This document shows positions 61,824-64,000 of a stretch of 64,000 bases of DNA, piece after piece. The notes beneath the pieces are model-generated. The model was not told where the DNA came from. It worked only from the letters and a program-made list of their open reading frames with translations, and did not search any database. The stretch lies in the NCBI GenBank assembly GCA_937925815.1, contig CALAMQ010000025.1, positions 6,354-70,353 of the forward strand, in the 5' to 3' direction. Each line of letters opens with the position of its first letter. Position 1 is the first letter of the stretch. Made by a program: the position numbers and the translations under genes. This DNA is from an uncultured Granulosicoccaceae bacterium. GTDB taxonomy: Bacteria > Pseudomonadota > Gammaproteobacteria > CALCKW01.

Positions 61824-62651
61824 ATGAAAAAGCTGTTCATCGCATCTGCGGTTGCTGCTCTGACTGTGCCTTTCGCGGCACAAGCTGACACTACTGTGTC
61901 TGGTTCTATTGCTCTGGGTATCCAGGGTGGTGAAGCAAACGGCGACGTGCTGTCTGTCTTCGCTGATAACGTCGACGTGATGTTCGCGACCAGCGGCAAC
62001 GCTGTTGGCGCCAACACCGCATACGCTGGGTTCGAAATTGAGCCGCACACTCTGTCTGCTTCTCTTGACGCGATCGAAATCGACGCTGTCAAAGTTGGTA
62101 TCACTGGTGATTTCGGCGATCTCTCGATCGGCGACGTTGGTCTCTCAGGTGGCCAAGGCGTGAAAGCGTGGGACAAGTACGACGCGACTCCTGGCACCAC
62201 TGGCGGCATCTCGTACGCTGGCAGCGCGGGTTCTGTGAGCTACAAGATCGGCTTCGCCCCTGAAGGCAACAACGACGGCATGGGCATCGGCCTCGGTTTC
62301 TCTGCTGGTTCTATCGACATCGGCTTGGACTTCGGTTCAGTTGAAGGCAGCGAAGACGTTGTGACTGTCGGTGCAGCAATGAGCATGGACAGCGGCCTGT
62401 CTTTGGCAGCGCACTTCCAGACTCAAGACGACGCTGACAACATGGCATTCACTGCTGGTTACTCTATGAGCAACGGCGTGAGCCTCGGCCTGAACTTCGC
62501 GTCTGCCACTGACGTGGAAAGCGCGTTCAAACTGACTGCATCCAAGTCTTTGGGTGACAGCACGTCACTGTCTGCTGCTTTCGAGTCTAACGACCCAGAA
62601 GCTGGCGACGGCATGAGCGGATTCAACGTGATCCTGTCTCAGAGCTTCTAA
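61824..62651 (+). CDS. Outer membrane porin (probably highly expressed, very acidic)
   Basis: GGAG RBS; MKK..AQA signal peptide; alternating beta-strand pattern; G.FG.LS.G motif; C-terminal Phe; strong GCT/TCT/ACT/GGT/TTC codon bias. Confidence 0.8.
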   Translation: MKKLFIASAVAALTVPFAAQADTTVSGSIALGIQGGEANGDVLSVFADNVDVMFATSGNAVGANTAYAGFEIEPHTLSASLDAIEIDAVKVGITGDFGDLSIGDVGLSGGQGVKAWDKYDATPGTTGGISYAGSAGSVSYKIGFAPEGNNDGMGIGLGFSAGSIDIGLDFGSVEGSEDVVTVGAAMSMDSGLSLAAHFQTQDDADNMAFTAGYSMSNGVSLGLNFASATDVESAFKLTASKSLGDSTSLSAAFESNDPEAGDGMSGFNVILSQSF

Positions 62652-62676
62652 TTTCACTGTAAATTAGATGTTGACG

Positions 62677-62712
62677 AAACCTGCTTCGCGACTGCGGAGC
62701 AGGTTTTTTTTT
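62677..62712 (+). terminator. Rho-independent terminator after porin 1
   Basis: AAACCTGCTTCGC-GACT-GCGGAGCAGG followed by T9. Confidence 0.88.
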
Positions 62713-62876
62713 GCCCCAGAATGCGTTGATTTTGGTGGCGTGGTCGCCCTTGCATTGACTCGGTGTTTTGGGCGCTTTTCCTGTCGTCACAGCCAAGTAC
62801 AGTCTTCGGATGAGTGCATGGGTGGGGCAGTGACACTGTCGTGTTGTTGTGTTTTCACACTAGGGTTGGCCTTGAT

Positions 62877-63839
62877 ATGTTGTCCACAATAAAACCTCTC
62901 GCCCGCGTATCGTTGCTGAGCGTGCTGGGTGTGTTTCCGGTTCACGCGACGTCAGTTGCGACACTGGATGTCACGCTCAGTGCTGTCATCGGTGTGGACG
63001 CAACGGACAACCCCGCGACGTTGCGCGATGACACCGGCTTGTCGCTTGATGACTCGCACTCGCTGATTGGTTTGTCCGCAAAAAGCACAACACCGACTGG
63101 GCTTGGCATTGGTGGCCGAGTTGAATTGGCGATCCGTGCCGACGACGGGGAGTTTGGTGCAGAGTCCGGGTTGGCTTTTTTGAGCGTTGACACCCGGGTT
63201 GGCCAGGTCCGATTTGGTCGCCTTGACGCGGTCTACCGCACGGCGAGTGAGCACCCATGGCGCTTTGACGACTCGTCGTCACAGTGGGGGGCATCGCGCC
63301 ATTATGTCTCGAACGCAATCGCGTGGCAGCGCGAGTGGGCACTGTGGAATCTTGCGGTGTTGGCAGCGTTTGAAGGGGGGATCTCACGCCAACAAGCGAC
63401 GCTCGCCTACACCCTAGACCGTGGCGAATTGCGCATTGGCTTTGATAACCAGAGTGAACGGCTGTCGAGTACCGGTCAGGCGCTGGATACCTTGTCGTCG
63501 ATGACCGTTGGTGGCAGCTGGGACGTTGGTGGGGATATCCGGGTGATCGCGGCGGCCACACACTTTGATATGAGTGAAATGGAGCGTGCGACGCTGGTTG
63601 CAGCGCAGCCCAACAACGACGCGAGCAGTGCCTTTGGGTCGTTGGTGGTCGCCGAGTACGAACGCAATGGCAACACCTTTTCAGTCGGTTACGAGAACGG
63701 CAATTGGGAGCGCGATGACGACGAGCGGTTTGTGTTCGAGTTGCAGCGTGGTTTGTCGGCGGCCTCAACAGTGTGGCTTGCAGTCAATGCCGCTGATGAC
63801 GGATCGGCGTTTCGCCTTGGCATGCAGTACGATTGGTAG
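62877..63839 (+). CDS. Outer membrane porin (second copy)
   Basis: Signal peptide (VHA); GQVRFGR and SNAIAW motifs; C-terminal FRLGMQYDW beta-signal. Confidence 0.75.
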   Translation: MLSTIKPLARVSLLSVLGVFPVHATSVATLDVTLSAVIGVDATDNPATLRDDTGLSLDDSHSLIGLSAKSTTPTGLGIGGRVELAIRADDGEFGAESGLAFLSVDTRVGQVRFGRLDAVYRTASEHPWRFDDSSSQWGASRHYVSNAIAWQREWALWNLAVLAAFEGGISRQQATLAYTLDRGELRIGFDNQSERLSSTGQALDTLSSMTVGGSWDVGGDIRVIAAATHFDMSEMERATLVAAQPNNDASSAFGSLVVAEYERNGNTFSVGYENGNWERDDDERFVFELQRGLSAASTVWLAVNAADDGSAFRLGMQYDW

Positions 63840-63859
63840 ACTGGCGGTCGCCTCGCCCC

Positions 63860-64000
63860 TCAGGCTTCAACTTGCAAATCCGCGATCAGCTTCTCGTGTG
63901 ACTGCAATTTGGCGAGTGTGCGATCGCCCAACGCTTGTGCGACCATTTGCGTGAGCAGCTCGGCAAGCACGGTTGCCGCGGCGAGACCGTTGCTGAACAC
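63860..64000 (-). CDS. 3' end of a gene cut by the window edge, possibly a MurR/RpiR (SIS) regulator
   Basis: Open frame VFSNGLAAATVLAELLTQMVAQALGDRTLAKLQSHEKLIADLQVEA* resembles RpiR-family C-termini. Confidence 0.45.
   Translation of the reverse strand: MFSNGLAAATVLAELLTQMVAQALGDRTLAKLQSHEKLIADLQVEA

Overview
This is mostly core-genome DNA from a roughly 60% GC Gammaproteobacterium. It holds about 60 protein-coding genes: fabV, a ferric-reductase/NOX-like flavocytochrome, cobQ-cobU-cobT, uup, a histone-H1-like repeat protein, proS, perM-dapA, xseB-ispA-dxs, radA, corC-ypjD/ffh, deaD, rpsP-rimM-trmD-rplS, htpG, a PAS-GGDEF-EAL protein, tandem c-type cytochromes, amt-glnB, pcnB-folK, a thiolase, a CLC channel, a 3-hydroxyacyl-CoA dehydrogenase, trmH, mntR with divergent sitABCD, adk, slt, bolA and two tandem porins. 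I found no tRNA, rRNA, CRISPR array, integrase, transposase, prophage or defence island, and no multi-gene novel system that I can support. The most notable observations are small-scale: (1) a 58-aa lipoprotein, missing from the ORF track, coupled between dapA and the MBL hydrolase where bamC normally sits, resembling a miniature BamC; (2) a probably highly expressed porin with no arginine and a large acidic excess; (3) a basic protein with 10 identical 14-aa SPAKK repeats encoded by synonymously diversified DNA; (4) a CTAG-flanked MITE-like element and a REP doublet near the start; (5) a CLC with non-canonical selectivity residues. Product calls come from motif recognition only; no database searches were run.
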